Source: an uncultured Dehalococcoidales bacterium (lineage in GTDB: Bacteria > Chloroflexota > Dehalococcoidia > E44-bin15). From it: a DNA stretch of 48,772 nucleotides. The stretch covers positions 1 through 48,772 of the forward strand of contig CAYTKL010000001.1 of assembly GCA_964438305.1 (NCBI GenBank). The letters run 5' to 3'. The translations under genes were made by a program, and so were the position numbers. Below the pieces are notes generated by a model. The model ran no database searches, was not told the origin of the DNA, and saw nothing but the letters and a program-made list of their open reading frames with translations. Positions 1 to 9,051 of the stretch are shown in pieces. Position 1 is the first letter of the stretch, and each line of letters begins with the position of its first letter.

Positions 1-142
1 CCCCTGGCCCGGTCGCCAAGGCTGGGCCTCTCCACCTTGACCACGTCGGCCCCCAGGTCGGCAAGAAGCTTGCCGCAATACGGCCCCGACACGAATTCAC
101 TCCACTCGATTACCTTCAACCCAGAAAGCGCCTGCAAACTCA
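1..142 (-). CDS. Family III (CaiB/BaiF) CoA-transferase, B-type paralog, 5' fragment; gene runs off the left edge
   Basis: Reverse complement of 1..142 reads MSLQALSGLKVIEWSEFVSGPYCGKLLADLGADVVKVERPSLGDRARG. This has the same layout as the N-termini of the 1465..2685, 4005..5225 and 6546..7760 products. ATG (cat on plus strand) at 140..142. Confidence 0.8.
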
Positions 143-219
143 TACTAGCTCTCCCATTCCTATTGACATGAACCTGGCCTTCCAGTGCACCAGGTCGAGG
201 ACCGTCTCGCTGCCCTCTA

Positions 220-1458
220 TCATATGACCTGTTCCTCCTGCAAACGGGCTATCTCTTCCGCGGACATGCCCAACAGTTCTCCGAAGACGTAGCCGTTGTG
301 CTCGCCGAGTTCCGGGGCATGCTCGTAGTTCCCCGGTGGGACATCGCTGAGCTTCCACGGGAGGGCAGCCAGACACCATGTGCCCAATCCCGGGTGGTCA
401 ACGTCGAGGTGGAAGCCTCTCTCCCTGAGGTGGGGGTCCTGGATCACCTCCTCCACCCTCAGAGAGGGACCCGCCATCACTCCAGCTCGCTGCAGCATCT
501 CGGCGACCTCATAGTGAGAATGACCCCTCGTCCAGTCCGCAATCAGGGTGTCCAGCTCGTCTCGGTTCTTCCAGCGGTTCAGCCCATCGCGGAACCGTTC
601 ATCACCGGTCCACCCGGGGTTGCCCATGGCGTTACAGAAGGCTCTCCACTCCTCATCACTGGAGACTGCGATGGCGACCCACTCGTCGTCTCCACGACAC
701 CGGTAGCAGCCGTGAGGAGCCATAGCGCCGTCGCGGTTCCCCTGACAGTCCTGTACTCTGCCGTTCATGGTGTAGTCCATAATCGGCTCAAACAGCAGTG
801 AAGACACAACCTCAGTCATGGAGAGGTCTATGTACTGGCCCTCACCGGTTTCTTCGCGATGGTGCAACGCCGCCAGGATGGCCAGGGCCCCGTGCTCCGC
901 CGATGTTACGTCGGCATAGCCGAAGGTTGCCATAGGCCTCGGGTCACCGCCGGGGTATCCGTTCAAACGGCACAGGCCGGCGAAGGCCTCCGTGATGCCA
1001 GCAAAGGCGGGGAACTCCCTGTAAGGTCCCGTTCTGCCGAAGCCCGAGCCGGCGTACATTATGATGTCGGGCTTGAGCCTGGCCAGCTCGGCGTATCCCA
1101 GTCCCCAGCGGTCCATCACTGCCCCGCCGAAGTTCTCGACGACGACATCGCTGATTCCGACTAGCTCCCTGACCAGCTCCTTCGCCCTGGGCTGGGTCAT
1201 GTTGAGGGTGCAGCCTTTCTTCCCGTAGTTGAACTCGGCGAACTCCGAGTTGATGGTGTGACCCGTCGACTGGAGGTTCCAGTAGGCGCGTATCATGTCC
1301 GGACGGAACCTGCTCTCGATCTTGATGACCTCAGCGCCCATGACCGCGAGCCACTGGGTGACGTGGGGCCCGGCCCACACAGCGGTGAAATCGACAACGC
1401 GAATGCCCTGTAGCGGAAGCTTGTGCACCGTGTTCTGCGTACCTCCTCCTGTGCTCAT
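220..1458 (-). CDS. Family III CoA-transferase, A-type paralog (A1)
   Basis: 412-aa ORF. Blocks LPLQGIRVVDFTAVWAGPHVTQWLAVMGAEVIKIES, GSGFGRTGPY and HGALAILAALHHR are typical of CaiB/BaiF-type CoA-transferases. Only 6 nt separate it from the upstream B-type gene. Confidence 0.9.
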   Translation of the reverse strand: MSTGGGTQNTVHKLPLQGIRVVDFTAVWAGPHVTQWLAVMGAEVIKIESRFRPDMIRAYWNLQSTGHTINSEFAEFNYGKKGCTLNMTQPRAKELVRELVGISDVVVENFGGAVMDRWGLGYAELARLKPDIIMYAGSGFGRTGPYREFPAFAGITEAFAGLCRLNGYPGGDPRPMATFGYADVTSAEHGALAILAALHHREETGEGQYIDLSMTEVVSSLLFEPIMDYTMNGRVQDCQGNRDGAMAPHGCYRCRGDDEWVAIAVSSDEEWRAFCNAMGNPGWTGDERFRDGLNRWKNRDELDTLIADWTRGHSHYEVAEMLQRAGVMAGPSLRVEEVIQDPHLRERGFHLDVDHPGLGTWCLAALPWKLSDVPPGNYEHAPELGEHNGYVFGELLGMSAEEIARLQEEQVI

Positions 1459-1464
1459 GAGCTG

Positions 1465-2685
1465 CTAGATGACTCCTTGAGCCCGCATTACCGTCAAGTC
1501 CTCCCTGGTGAAGCCGAGGCGCCCGCAGTAGACCTCCTCGTTGTGCTCGCCCAACAGAGGGGCGGGACGCTTCACCTGCCACGGGGTGCGGGACAGCTTG
1601 TAGGGTGCCCCCGGATACGTGACGTTCCCTGCTTCCCCGTGGTGAATGTCGACGAAGTGGCCCCTGCCGGCCAGGAGTTCAGAGTGCACCGACTCCCGCA
1701 CCGTGTTTATCGCTTTGCAGGGGACACGTGAGGCCTCGGCGAGCCCGACGACCTCGGCGACAGTGTGTTCCATCGTCCATTGCTCGACCATTGCCTTGCC
1801 TGCGTCCCAATTCTCACGTCGCAGCGCCCTGTCCTGAAAGAGGTCGGTCATGGCCCACTCGGGATTGCCCATCGCCTCCACCCACCTTTCCCACATCCTC
1901 TCATCATTGCAGATGAGATAGACCAGGCCGTCACTGCAGCGGTAGACTTCCGAGCCCCCCGGACGTCGGGCCTCCTTGGCTCTCAGCCAGGGAAACTGCT
2001 CAACGGTGTAGTTGCCAAGCTGGTGACGCGTCATGGAGGTCAGAGCTTCTTGCTGCGACAGGTCCACGTGCTGCCCCAAGCCGGTCACGCGGCGCGCGAA
2101 CACCGCGGACATGGTGGTGAGAGCTCCCGTGAGCCCGGCTACGAGGTCGCCTTGATTCACCGGGCCCATGAGCGGAGGTTCCTGCTCGATATCGTCCACC
2201 CCGTCCGACGGGTTTATGTAGGCCATGCCGCTCGCATGGAAGCTGACCAGGTTGCATGTGCGGTAGTCGCGATAGGGGCCGGTCTGGCCGAAGGCCGTGA
2301 TCGAGGTCATCACCAACGCTGGATTCACCTTCCTGAGGTTCTCGTAGCTGAATCCCAGCCGCGCGACATCGCTGGGCGGATGGTTCTCTATCAGGATATC
2401 GGCGCCCTCGATGAGTCGCTTGAAGACCTCCGACCCGGTCCTGCTGCGGACGTCGAGGGTCACTCCGAGCTTGTTGGTATTGAGATAGAGGAACGTCCCG
2501 CTTCTCTCCGGGTGAGGGACGTTGTCGGGAAAGGGGCCGCGGTTCCTTGCCCTATCGCCGCACCCGGGCATCTCGACCTTGGTTACCTCGGCTCCCAAAT
2601 CGGCAAGCAGCTTGCCGCAATAGGGACCGGGAACGCCTTCGGCCCATTCGACTATCTTCAAATTGGAGAGCGCTTGCATGCTCAT
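1465..2685 (-). CDS. Family III CoA-transferase, B-type paralog (B1)
   Basis: 406-aa ORF. N-terminus MSMQALSNLKIVEWAEGVPGPYCGKLLADLGAEVTKVEMPGCGDRAR, followed by ITAFGQTGPY. Confidence 0.9.
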   Translation of the reverse strand: MSMQALSNLKIVEWAEGVPGPYCGKLLADLGAEVTKVEMPGCGDRARNRGPFPDNVPHPERSGTFLYLNTNKLGVTLDVRSRTGSEVFKRLIEGADILIENHPPSDVARLGFSYENLRKVNPALVMTSITAFGQTGPYRDYRTCNLVSFHASGMAYINPSDGVDDIEQEPPLMGPVNQGDLVAGLTGALTTMSAVFARRVTGLGQHVDLSQQEALTSMTRHQLGNYTVEQFPWLRAKEARRPGGSEVYRCSDGLVYLICNDERMWERWVEAMGNPEWAMTDLFQDRALRRENWDAGKAMVEQWTMEHTVAEVVGLAEASRVPCKAINTVRESVHSELLAGRGHFVDIHHGEAGNVTYPGAPYKLSRTPWQVKRPAPLLGEHNEEVYCGRLGFTREDLTVMRAQGVI

Positions 2686-2758
2686 TTCGGTCTGTGTATC
2701 CCATCCGGCGACAGCACATCCAGGGATGTCAGCTTCGGGGATCCCCTGTGGAGATTCG

Positions 2759-3976
2759 TCACAGGATCGCCTCTTCCTCCTGCAGGCGAGTTATCTCCTC
2801 ATCGGACATCTTGAGCAACTCCTTGAACACGTAGTCATTGTGCTCACCAAGACCGGGGCTCGGCCCGTAGTCGCCGCGAGGACCATCAACGACCTTCCAC
2901 GGCAGGCCGGCCATGGGGATAACGCCGATCCCGGGCTGGTCAAGCTCCACGAAGAAGCCTCTCTCCGCCAGATGACGGTCTTGCGCCACGTCCTCCACCT
3001 TCATTGAAGGGCCTGCCATCACTCCCGCCCTCTGCAGTATGTCTGTCGCCTCGAACCGAGTGTGATTCCTTGTCCAATCCGCCACGAGCTGGTCGAGTTC
3101 CTCCTGGTTCTTCCATCGACTGAGGCCGTCGCGGAACCTGTCTTCGTTGGTCCACTGGGGATTCCCCATGGCATTGCAGAAGGCCTCCCACTCCTCATCG
3201 TTGGAGATTGCGATGGCAATCCACTCGTCGTCTCCTTGGCAGCGGTAGCAGCCGTGAGGAGCCATGGCAACATCTCTGTTCCCCTGGGGCCGTGGCACTG
3301 TGCCGTTCATGGTGTACTCCAGGATTGCCTCAGGAAGCAAGGCTCCTACCACCTCGGTCATGGAGAGGTCGATATGCTGTCCTTCCCCAGTCTTCGAGCG
3401 GTGATACAGGGCGGCAAGAATGGCGTACGCGCCGTGCTGCGCCGATGTCAGGTCGGCATACCCTCGAGTCGCCATTGGAAGCGGCTCACTACCGAGGTAG
3501 CCGTTCAGCAAGCACAGCCCTCCCAGGGCCTCCACGATGCCGGCGAAGGCGGGCAACTCGCTGTAAGGGCCGGTTCGGCCGAAACCCGATCCAGAGTACA
3601 GGATGATATCGGGTCTCAGCTTCTTGAGTTCGGGGTAGCCCAGTCCCCAACGGCCCAGCACTGCCCCACCGAAGTTCTCAGCTACGACGTCGCTGAGCTT
3701 GATTATCTCCCTGGCCAGGTCCCTGCCCTTGGGGTTGGTCATGTTCAGCGTACACGCTTTCTTGGCGTAGTTCAACGAAGCGAACACCGCGCTCATGGTG
3801 GGCTCCGTGGTCGTGCGAATGAAGGCGGCGCGCTCAGGGTCGGGGCGAATGTTGCTCTCGATCTTGATGACGTCGGCGCCCATCACCGCCAGCCACTGGG
3901 TGACATGGGGGCCGGCCCAGATGGCGGTGAAGTCCACCACTCTGATGCCCTCCAGGGGAAGCCTTTGTGTGCTCAT
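2759..3976 (-). CDS. Family III CoA-transferase, A-type paralog (A2)
   Basis: 405-aa ORF. LPLEGIRVVDFTAIWAGPHVTQWLAVMGADVIKIES, collinear with A1 and A3. AGGAGG lies upstream of the ATG. Confidence 0.9.
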   Translation of the reverse strand: MSTQRLPLEGIRVVDFTAIWAGPHVTQWLAVMGADVIKIESNIRPDPERAAFIRTTTEPTMSAVFASLNYAKKACTLNMTNPKGRDLAREIIKLSDVVAENFGGAVLGRWGLGYPELKKLRPDIILYSGSGFGRTGPYSELPAFAGIVEALGGLCLLNGYLGSEPLPMATRGYADLTSAQHGAYAILAALYHRSKTGEGQHIDLSMTEVVGALLPEAILEYTMNGTVPRPQGNRDVAMAPHGCYRCQGDDEWIAIAISNDEEWEAFCNAMGNPQWTNEDRFRDGLSRWKNQEELDQLVADWTRNHTRFEATDILQRAGVMAGPSMKVEDVAQDRHLAERGFFVELDQPGIGVIPMAGLPWKVVDGPRGDYGPSPGLGEHNDYVFKELLKMSDEEITRLQEEEAIL

Positions 3977-4004
3977 TGTCCTCCTGCCGTAGAATGCCGG
4001 ACCA

Positions 4005-5225
4005 CTAGATAGCCCCTCCCGCTCTCATGACGGTCAGTTCCTGCCCGGTGTAGCCAAGCCGGTTGCAGTAGACTTCTTCGTTGTGCTCGCCCAGAAGAGG
4101 TGCCGGCCTTTGTACACGCCAGGGTGTCTGCGACAGCTTGAACGGTCCCCCCGGGAACCTGAGCGTGCCGGCTTCCCTGTGGTCGACCTCAGCGAAATAG
4201 TCCCGCGCTGCCGCAAGCTCCGAGGTGGCCAGGTCCTTCACCGTGTTTATCGGCCTGCAGGGAACGCGGCTGGCATCCGCGGTGCGAACGACCTCCTCCA
4301 CTGTCCTCTTCATGGTCCACTCCTCAATCATTGCCTTGACCGCGTCCCAGTTCTCGCGCCGCGAAATCCGGTCCTGAAACAGCTCATTCTGGGCCCAGTC
4401 GGGGTCACCCATCGCTTTCATCCATTCGGCCCAGAATCTGTCCTGCCCGCAAAGGAGGTAGACCATGCCGTCGGCACAGTGATACTTGTCGGAGACCATA
4501 CCAGGAATGCTTCCTTTAAGGCGTGTCCAGGTCATGGCCTCGATGGCGTGAAGCCCGAGGTAGCTGCGCATAATGGAAGCCAGAGCCTCCTGCTCGGACA
4601 CGTCCACATGTTGCCCCGACCCGGTTACCTGACAGTTGAGAACGGCACCCATGGTGGCGACCGCCCCGCTCAGCCCCGCCACGAGATCGCCCTGATGCCC
4701 CGGCCCTTTGAGCGGCGGCTGCCCTTCAGGGTCCTCCACGCCGTCTGACGGGTTCACGAATGCCAACCCGCTCGCGTTGAAGCTGATGAGGTCGCATGAC
4801 CGGTGGTCCCGGTAGGGGCCTGTCTGCCCGAAAGGGGTAATCGACGTCATCACCAGTCTGGGATTGACCTCACACAGGCGCTTGTAGGCGAAGCCCAGTT
4901 CCTCGACTTCGCGGGGTGGGTTGTTCTCTACGAGGACATCAGCCTGTCCCACCAGCTTGCTGAAGACCTCAGCCCCTGTCACCGTTCTGACATCCAGAGT
5001 CACTCCCAGCTTGTTGGTGTTGAGGTAGAGGAACAGGCCGCTCTTCTCCGGGTGAGGTATGTCCTGGGGGAAGGGCCCGTGTCTCCTTGCTCTGTCGCCG
5101 GTCCCCGGTCTTTCGACTTTGATCACCTCGGCTCCCAGGTCAGCAAGGAGTTTCCCACAGTAGGGGCCGGAGACGAAATCGCTCCATTCCACCACCTTCA
5201 AGCCGGAAAGCGCCTGTCCGCTCAT
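4005..5225 (-). CDS. Family III CoA-transferase, B-type paralog (B2)
   Basis: 406-aa ORF. MSGQALSGLKVVEWSDFVSGPYCGKLLADLGAEVIKVERPGTGDRAR, collinear with B1 and B3. Confidence 0.9.
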   Translation of the reverse strand: MSGQALSGLKVVEWSDFVSGPYCGKLLADLGAEVIKVERPGTGDRARRHGPFPQDIPHPEKSGLFLYLNTNKLGVTLDVRTVTGAEVFSKLVGQADVLVENNPPREVEELGFAYKRLCEVNPRLVMTSITPFGQTGPYRDHRSCDLISFNASGLAFVNPSDGVEDPEGQPPLKGPGHQGDLVAGLSGAVATMGAVLNCQVTGSGQHVDVSEQEALASIMRSYLGLHAIEAMTWTRLKGSIPGMVSDKYHCADGMVYLLCGQDRFWAEWMKAMGDPDWAQNELFQDRISRRENWDAVKAMIEEWTMKRTVEEVVRTADASRVPCRPINTVKDLATSELAAARDYFAEVDHREAGTLRFPGGPFKLSQTPWRVQRPAPLLGEHNEEVYCNRLGYTGQELTVMRAGGAI

Positions 5226-5298
5226 ATCTGTGTAGCCTCGTCCTCTTTCTCGCCAGTCGTATTCCAGGGCGTCAACCCGGGGAGTCCCGCGATGCCGT

Positions 5299-6519
5299 CT
5301 AGAAGATGACCTGCTCCTCCTGTAGCCGGGCTATCTCCTCTTCAGGCATCTTGAGCAGCTCTCTGAACACGTAGTCATTGTGCTCGCCAATCGAGGGAGC
5401 ATGCTCGTACTTGCCGAAAGGGCTATGATTCATATTCAATGGCAGACGGGGCAAACGGACCTTCCCCATCTCGGGATGCTCCATGTCGATGAAGAACCCT
5501 CTCTCAGCCAGATGGCGGTCTTGCACCACCGCTTGAGGGCTGAGCGTCGGCCCGGCCATCACCCCCGCCTCCTGCAATAGTACCGCTGCCTGCCAGTCAG
5601 TGTAGTTGCTTGTCCAACCCTGTATCAGCCGGTCCAGCTCCTCCTGGTTCGTCCACCGGCTCAATCCGTCGCGGAACCTCTCATCGTCGGCCCACTCAGG
5701 GTCGCCCATGGCATGGCAGAGGGCCTCCCATTCCTCGTCAGTGGATACGGCGATGGTGACCCAGTTGTCCTCACCCTGGCACCGGTAGCATCCGTGTGGC
5801 GCCATGGCGATGTCTCGGTTCCCCTGGGGTCGCTGCACTCTATCGTTCATGGTGTAGTCCATAATGGCGTCGGGCAGGAAAGCACAACCGACCTCGCTCA
5901 TGGACAGGTCGATGTGTTGCCCCTCCCCCGTTCTGAAACGGTGATGCAGCGCCGCCAGGATGGCGAAGGCGCCATGTTGAGCCGCTGTCAGGTCGGTCCA
6001 GCCGCCAACGCCGAAGGGGACTGGCCCGCCGCCTGCGTATCCATTAAGAGACGTCAACCCGGCAAAGGCGTCGATTATGGGGGCATACGCGGGGAACTCC
6101 TTGTAGGGCCCCGTTCTTCCGAAGCCGGACCCGGAGTACAGGATAATGTCGGCCCTCAGCTTCTTCAGGTCCGGGTATCCCAGCCCCCAGCGCTCCATCA
6201 CCGGCCCGCCGAAGTTCTCGGTCACAACATCGCTCAACTTGATTATCTCTTTGACAAGCTCAATGCCCCTGGGGAGGGTCATGTTGATGGTGCACCCTTT
6301 CTTGGTGTAGTTGAGCACAGCGAAATCCACGCTCTGGTTGAGCCCTGGCATGAGCGTCTTGCCGCCGGCGAAGAAACTACGGGTAAGGTCGGGGCGCAGG
6401 TGGCTCTCGATCTTGATGACCTCCGCCCCCATCACCGCCAGCCATTGGGTAACATGCGGCCCCGCCCAAACATGGCAGAAGTCAGCGACTCTGATGCCTT
6501 CAAGTGGCAGTTCTTGCAC
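5299..6519 (-). CDS. Family III CoA-transferase, A-type paralog (A3)
   Basis: 406-aa ORF. LPLEGIRVADFCHVWAGPHVTQWLAVMGAEVIKIES, collinear with A1 and A2. Confidence 0.9.
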   Translation of the reverse strand: MQELPLEGIRVADFCHVWAGPHVTQWLAVMGAEVIKIESHLRPDLTRSFFAGGKTLMPGLNQSVDFAVLNYTKKGCTINMTLPRGIELVKEIIKLSDVVTENFGGPVMERWGLGYPDLKKLRADIILYSGSGFGRTGPYKEFPAYAPIIDAFAGLTSLNGYAGGGPVPFGVGGWTDLTAAQHGAFAILAALHHRFRTGEGQHIDLSMSEVGCAFLPDAIMDYTMNDRVQRPQGNRDIAMAPHGCYRCQGEDNWVTIAVSTDEEWEALCHAMGDPEWADDERFRDGLSRWTNQEELDRLIQGWTSNYTDWQAAVLLQEAGVMAGPTLSPQAVVQDRHLAERGFFIDMEHPEMGKVRLPRLPLNMNHSPFGKYEHAPSIGEHNDYVFRELLKMPEEEIARLQEEQVIF

Positions 6520-6545
6520 GTTGCTCGCCTCCCATTCTCAAGCTT

Positions 6546-7760
6546 CTAGATAACGCCTTCGGCTCTCATCACCGCCAGGTCTTGCCTGCTGTACCCCAGC
6601 CGTCCGCACAGGACCTCTTCGTTGTGCTCGCCCAGCAACGGTGCGGGGCGTTGCACCTGCCACGGGGTCTGGGACAGCTTGTAGGGCGCTCCCGGGAACC
6701 TTACCCTTCCCACCTCTTCTCGGTCGACCTCGGCGAAGTAGTTCCGAGCGGCCAGTTGCTCGGAGTTGGTGGATTCCTTCACAGTATTGACCGGCATGCA
6801 GGGGACGCGTCTGGCTTGCGCGGCACGGACCAGCTCACCCAGGCTCTGGTCCTTGGCCCACTCCTCGATCATTATCTTGGCCGCATCCCAGTTCTCCCGA
6901 CGTGCGGCGCGGTCCTGGAACAGCTCGCTGGCGGCCCATTCGGGGTTGCCCATTACCTCCACCCAATTGGCCCAGAACCTGTCGGTGTTGCAGACGACGA
7001 AGAACTGGCCGTCTCTGCACTGTCCCAGCAACGTCTCAGTGCTCGGTTGGGCCCCCTTCACCCGAATCCTTTCGAGACCCTCGTAGGTTGCCGCGCCCAA
7101 ATCACGTCGTATTACCGAGGCCAGAGCCTCGTGTTGCGACAGGTCCACGTGCCGTCCCTGTCCTGTGGCATGACGAGCGAAGACGGCTGACATTGTGGCG
7201 ATCGCCCCGCTCAAACCGGCCAGGAAATCAGCTTGAAGCGATTTCCCCCGCAGCGGCGGTTCTTCCTGGATGTCGTCGACCCCGCCCGACGGGTTCATAT
7301 GAGCCAGCCCGCTGACGTGGAAACTGACGAGGTCGCAGGCTTTGTAGTCGCGGTAGGGCCCGCTCTGCCCGAAGGGCGTGATCGAGGTCATTACCAGCCC
7401 TGGATGGGCCTTGCTGAGCGTACGGTAGTCGAACCCCAGTTCCTCGACTTCCCGTGGTGAGTGGTTCTCGATGAGAATATCGGCCTGCGTGACCAGCTCC
7501 TTGAGAATCTCGGCGCCGGTGACGCTGGCCCAATTCAAGGTCACTCCCAGCTTGTTGGTGTTGAGATACAGATAGAGTCCGCTCTTCTCGGTATGGGGCA
7601 GGTCCTGGGGGAAGGGTCCGTAGCTCCTTGACCTGTCGCCATAGCCGGGCTTCTCGACCTTGACCACTTCGGCACCCAGGTCAGCGAGGAGCTTGCCACA
7701 GTAGGGCCCCGAGATGAACTCGCCCCACTCAATCACCTTCAAATCGGAAAGCGCACCCAT
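6546..7760 (-). CDS. Family III CoA-transferase, B-type paralog (B3)
   Basis: 404-aa ORF. MGALSDLKVIEWGEFISGPYCGKLLADLGAEVVKVEKPGYGDRSR. Confidence 0.9.
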   Translation of the reverse strand: MGALSDLKVIEWGEFISGPYCGKLLADLGAEVVKVEKPGYGDRSRSYGPFPQDLPHTEKSGLYLYLNTNKLGVTLNWASVTGAEILKELVTQADILIENHSPREVEELGFDYRTLSKAHPGLVMTSITPFGQSGPYRDYKACDLVSFHVSGLAHMNPSGGVDDIQEEPPLRGKSLQADFLAGLSGAIATMSAVFARHATGQGRHVDLSQHEALASVIRRDLGAATYEGLERIRVKGAQPSTETLLGQCRDGQFFVVCNTDRFWANWVEVMGNPEWAASELFQDRAARRENWDAAKIMIEEWAKDQSLGELVRAAQARRVPCMPVNTVKESTNSEQLAARNYFAEVDREEVGRVRFPGAPYKLSQTPWQVQRPAPLLGEHNEEVLCGRLGYSRQDLAVMRAEGVI

Positions 7761-7799
7761 AGAACATACTCCCTTTGACAGTACTCGGCGGACAGAGGC

Positions 7800-9020
7800 C
7801 TACACAAGCACTTCAGCCTCTTCCAGGTGACGAATCTCAGCTTCGGACAGTCCCAGCAGCTCGCCCAGCACGTAGGCCGTATGCTCACCCAGGAGAGCTG
7901 GGCGTCTGGCGACGCCTGGCGATTCAGCCAGGCGCATGACCACGCCAGGATAGGACGCCACGCCCATCTTGGGATGGTCTATTCGAACGTAGGTCCCTCT
8001 ATGTGCTAGCTGAGGGCAGTTCGCCTGGTCCTGCCCATCCAGCACAGCGGCGGCCGGCACCCCGGCCTTCTGCAGCACCTCCATTACCTCGAGATGGGTG
8101 CGGTTGGCGGTCCACTCCTCGACACGGCGGTCGAGCTCATCTCGGTTATCCAGCCGGCCCAAGACGGTGGCGAATCTGGGTTCCTCCGTCCACGGAGGGT
8201 TGCCCAGAGCGCCGCAGAACCTCCTCCACTCGTCATCATTCCTGACCTCGATGGCACACCATCGCTCTTCCCCCATGCAGGGATAGGCGCCGTACGGTGC
8301 GGCATAGGGACTGTGGTTGCCCCTTCGTTCCTGCAGCCGACCGTTGACGGTGTAGTCCATGTACACGCTCTCCATGATGGTCGCCGCATTCTCCACCTGG
8401 GCCATGTCGATGAACTGTCCCTTGCCGGTGCGGTTGCGGTACTCAACGGCTGCCATGATCATAAGGGCCGCCGTGACGCCGGCGAGATAGTCCGTGGGGT
8501 AGCCCCCCGAGCCTGTCGGGGTGGGGATGTCCGGGAATCCCCACACGTAGGTGAGACCGGCCAGAGGCATGAGGTTCATACCCCACAGCACGTACTCGTG
8601 CTCCGGCCCGGTCTGTCCCAGGCCCTGCATGCTGACCATGATGAAATCGGACTTCACTTCCCTCAGTCCCCAGTAGTCCAGCCCGAACCCGCGCAGAACA
8701 CGGGCACCGAAGTTGTCTATGGCGGCATCACTGAGCTCGACCAGGCGCTTGATGAGCTCTCTGCCCTCCTCCTTCTTGAGGTCCACGCTGATACTCATCT
8801 TGCCGCGGTTGTACTCCGCCCAGCTCCACGACTTGTCGAAGTCCGGCTCAGTGTCCTTGGGATAGACGAGCCTGGGTCGCCGGAACGTGTCCAGGCGCTT
8901 CCTCGTCTCCACCACGATCACTTCCGCTCCGAAGTCGCACAACAACCTCCCGGCATACGGCCCGGCTATGCCGTTGGTGAAGGAGATTATCCTGATACCC
9001 TCGAGGGGGAGTGCGCTCAT
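7800..9020 (-). CDS. Family III CoA-transferase, divergent A-type paralog (A4)
   Basis: The ORF track gives 7800..9305. I trimmed it to the internal ATG at 9020 (MSALPLEGIRIISFTNGIAGPYAGRLLCDFGAEVIVVE), because the upstream 95 codons are Arg/Ser-rich and overlap the next gene. Resulting length is 406 aa, like the other copies. Confidence 0.85.
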   Translation of the reverse strand: MSALPLEGIRIISFTNGIAGPYAGRLLCDFGAEVIVVETRKRLDTFRRPRLVYPKDTEPDFDKSWSWAEYNRGKMSISVDLKKEEGRELIKRLVELSDAAIDNFGARVLRGFGLDYWGLREVKSDFIMVSMQGLGQTGPEHEYVLWGMNLMPLAGLTYVWGFPDIPTPTGSGGYPTDYLAGVTAALMIMAAVEYRNRTGKGQFIDMAQVENAATIMESVYMDYTVNGRLQERRGNHSPYAAPYGAYPCMGEERWCAIEVRNDDEWRRFCGALGNPPWTEEPRFATVLGRLDNRDELDRRVEEWTANRTHLEVMEVLQKAGVPAAAVLDGQDQANCPQLAHRGTYVRIDHPKMGVASYPGVVMRLAESPGVARRPALLGEHTAYVLGELLGLSEAEIRHLEEAEVLV

Positions 9021-9051
9021 CGCCCGCTTCACTTCCTTTGGATTCTCCAGT

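Noticed and set aside
2686-5298. Possible conserved regulatory element in the two 73-nt A-to-B inter-cassette spacers (2686..2758 and 5226..5298). One contains the palindrome GGGGATCCCC at about 2741..2750.
   Set aside because: The two spacers share only scattered short matches (CTGTGTA, TCCAGGG). The palindrome is not conserved in the second spacer (GGGGAGTCCC). I cannot support a common element by eye.
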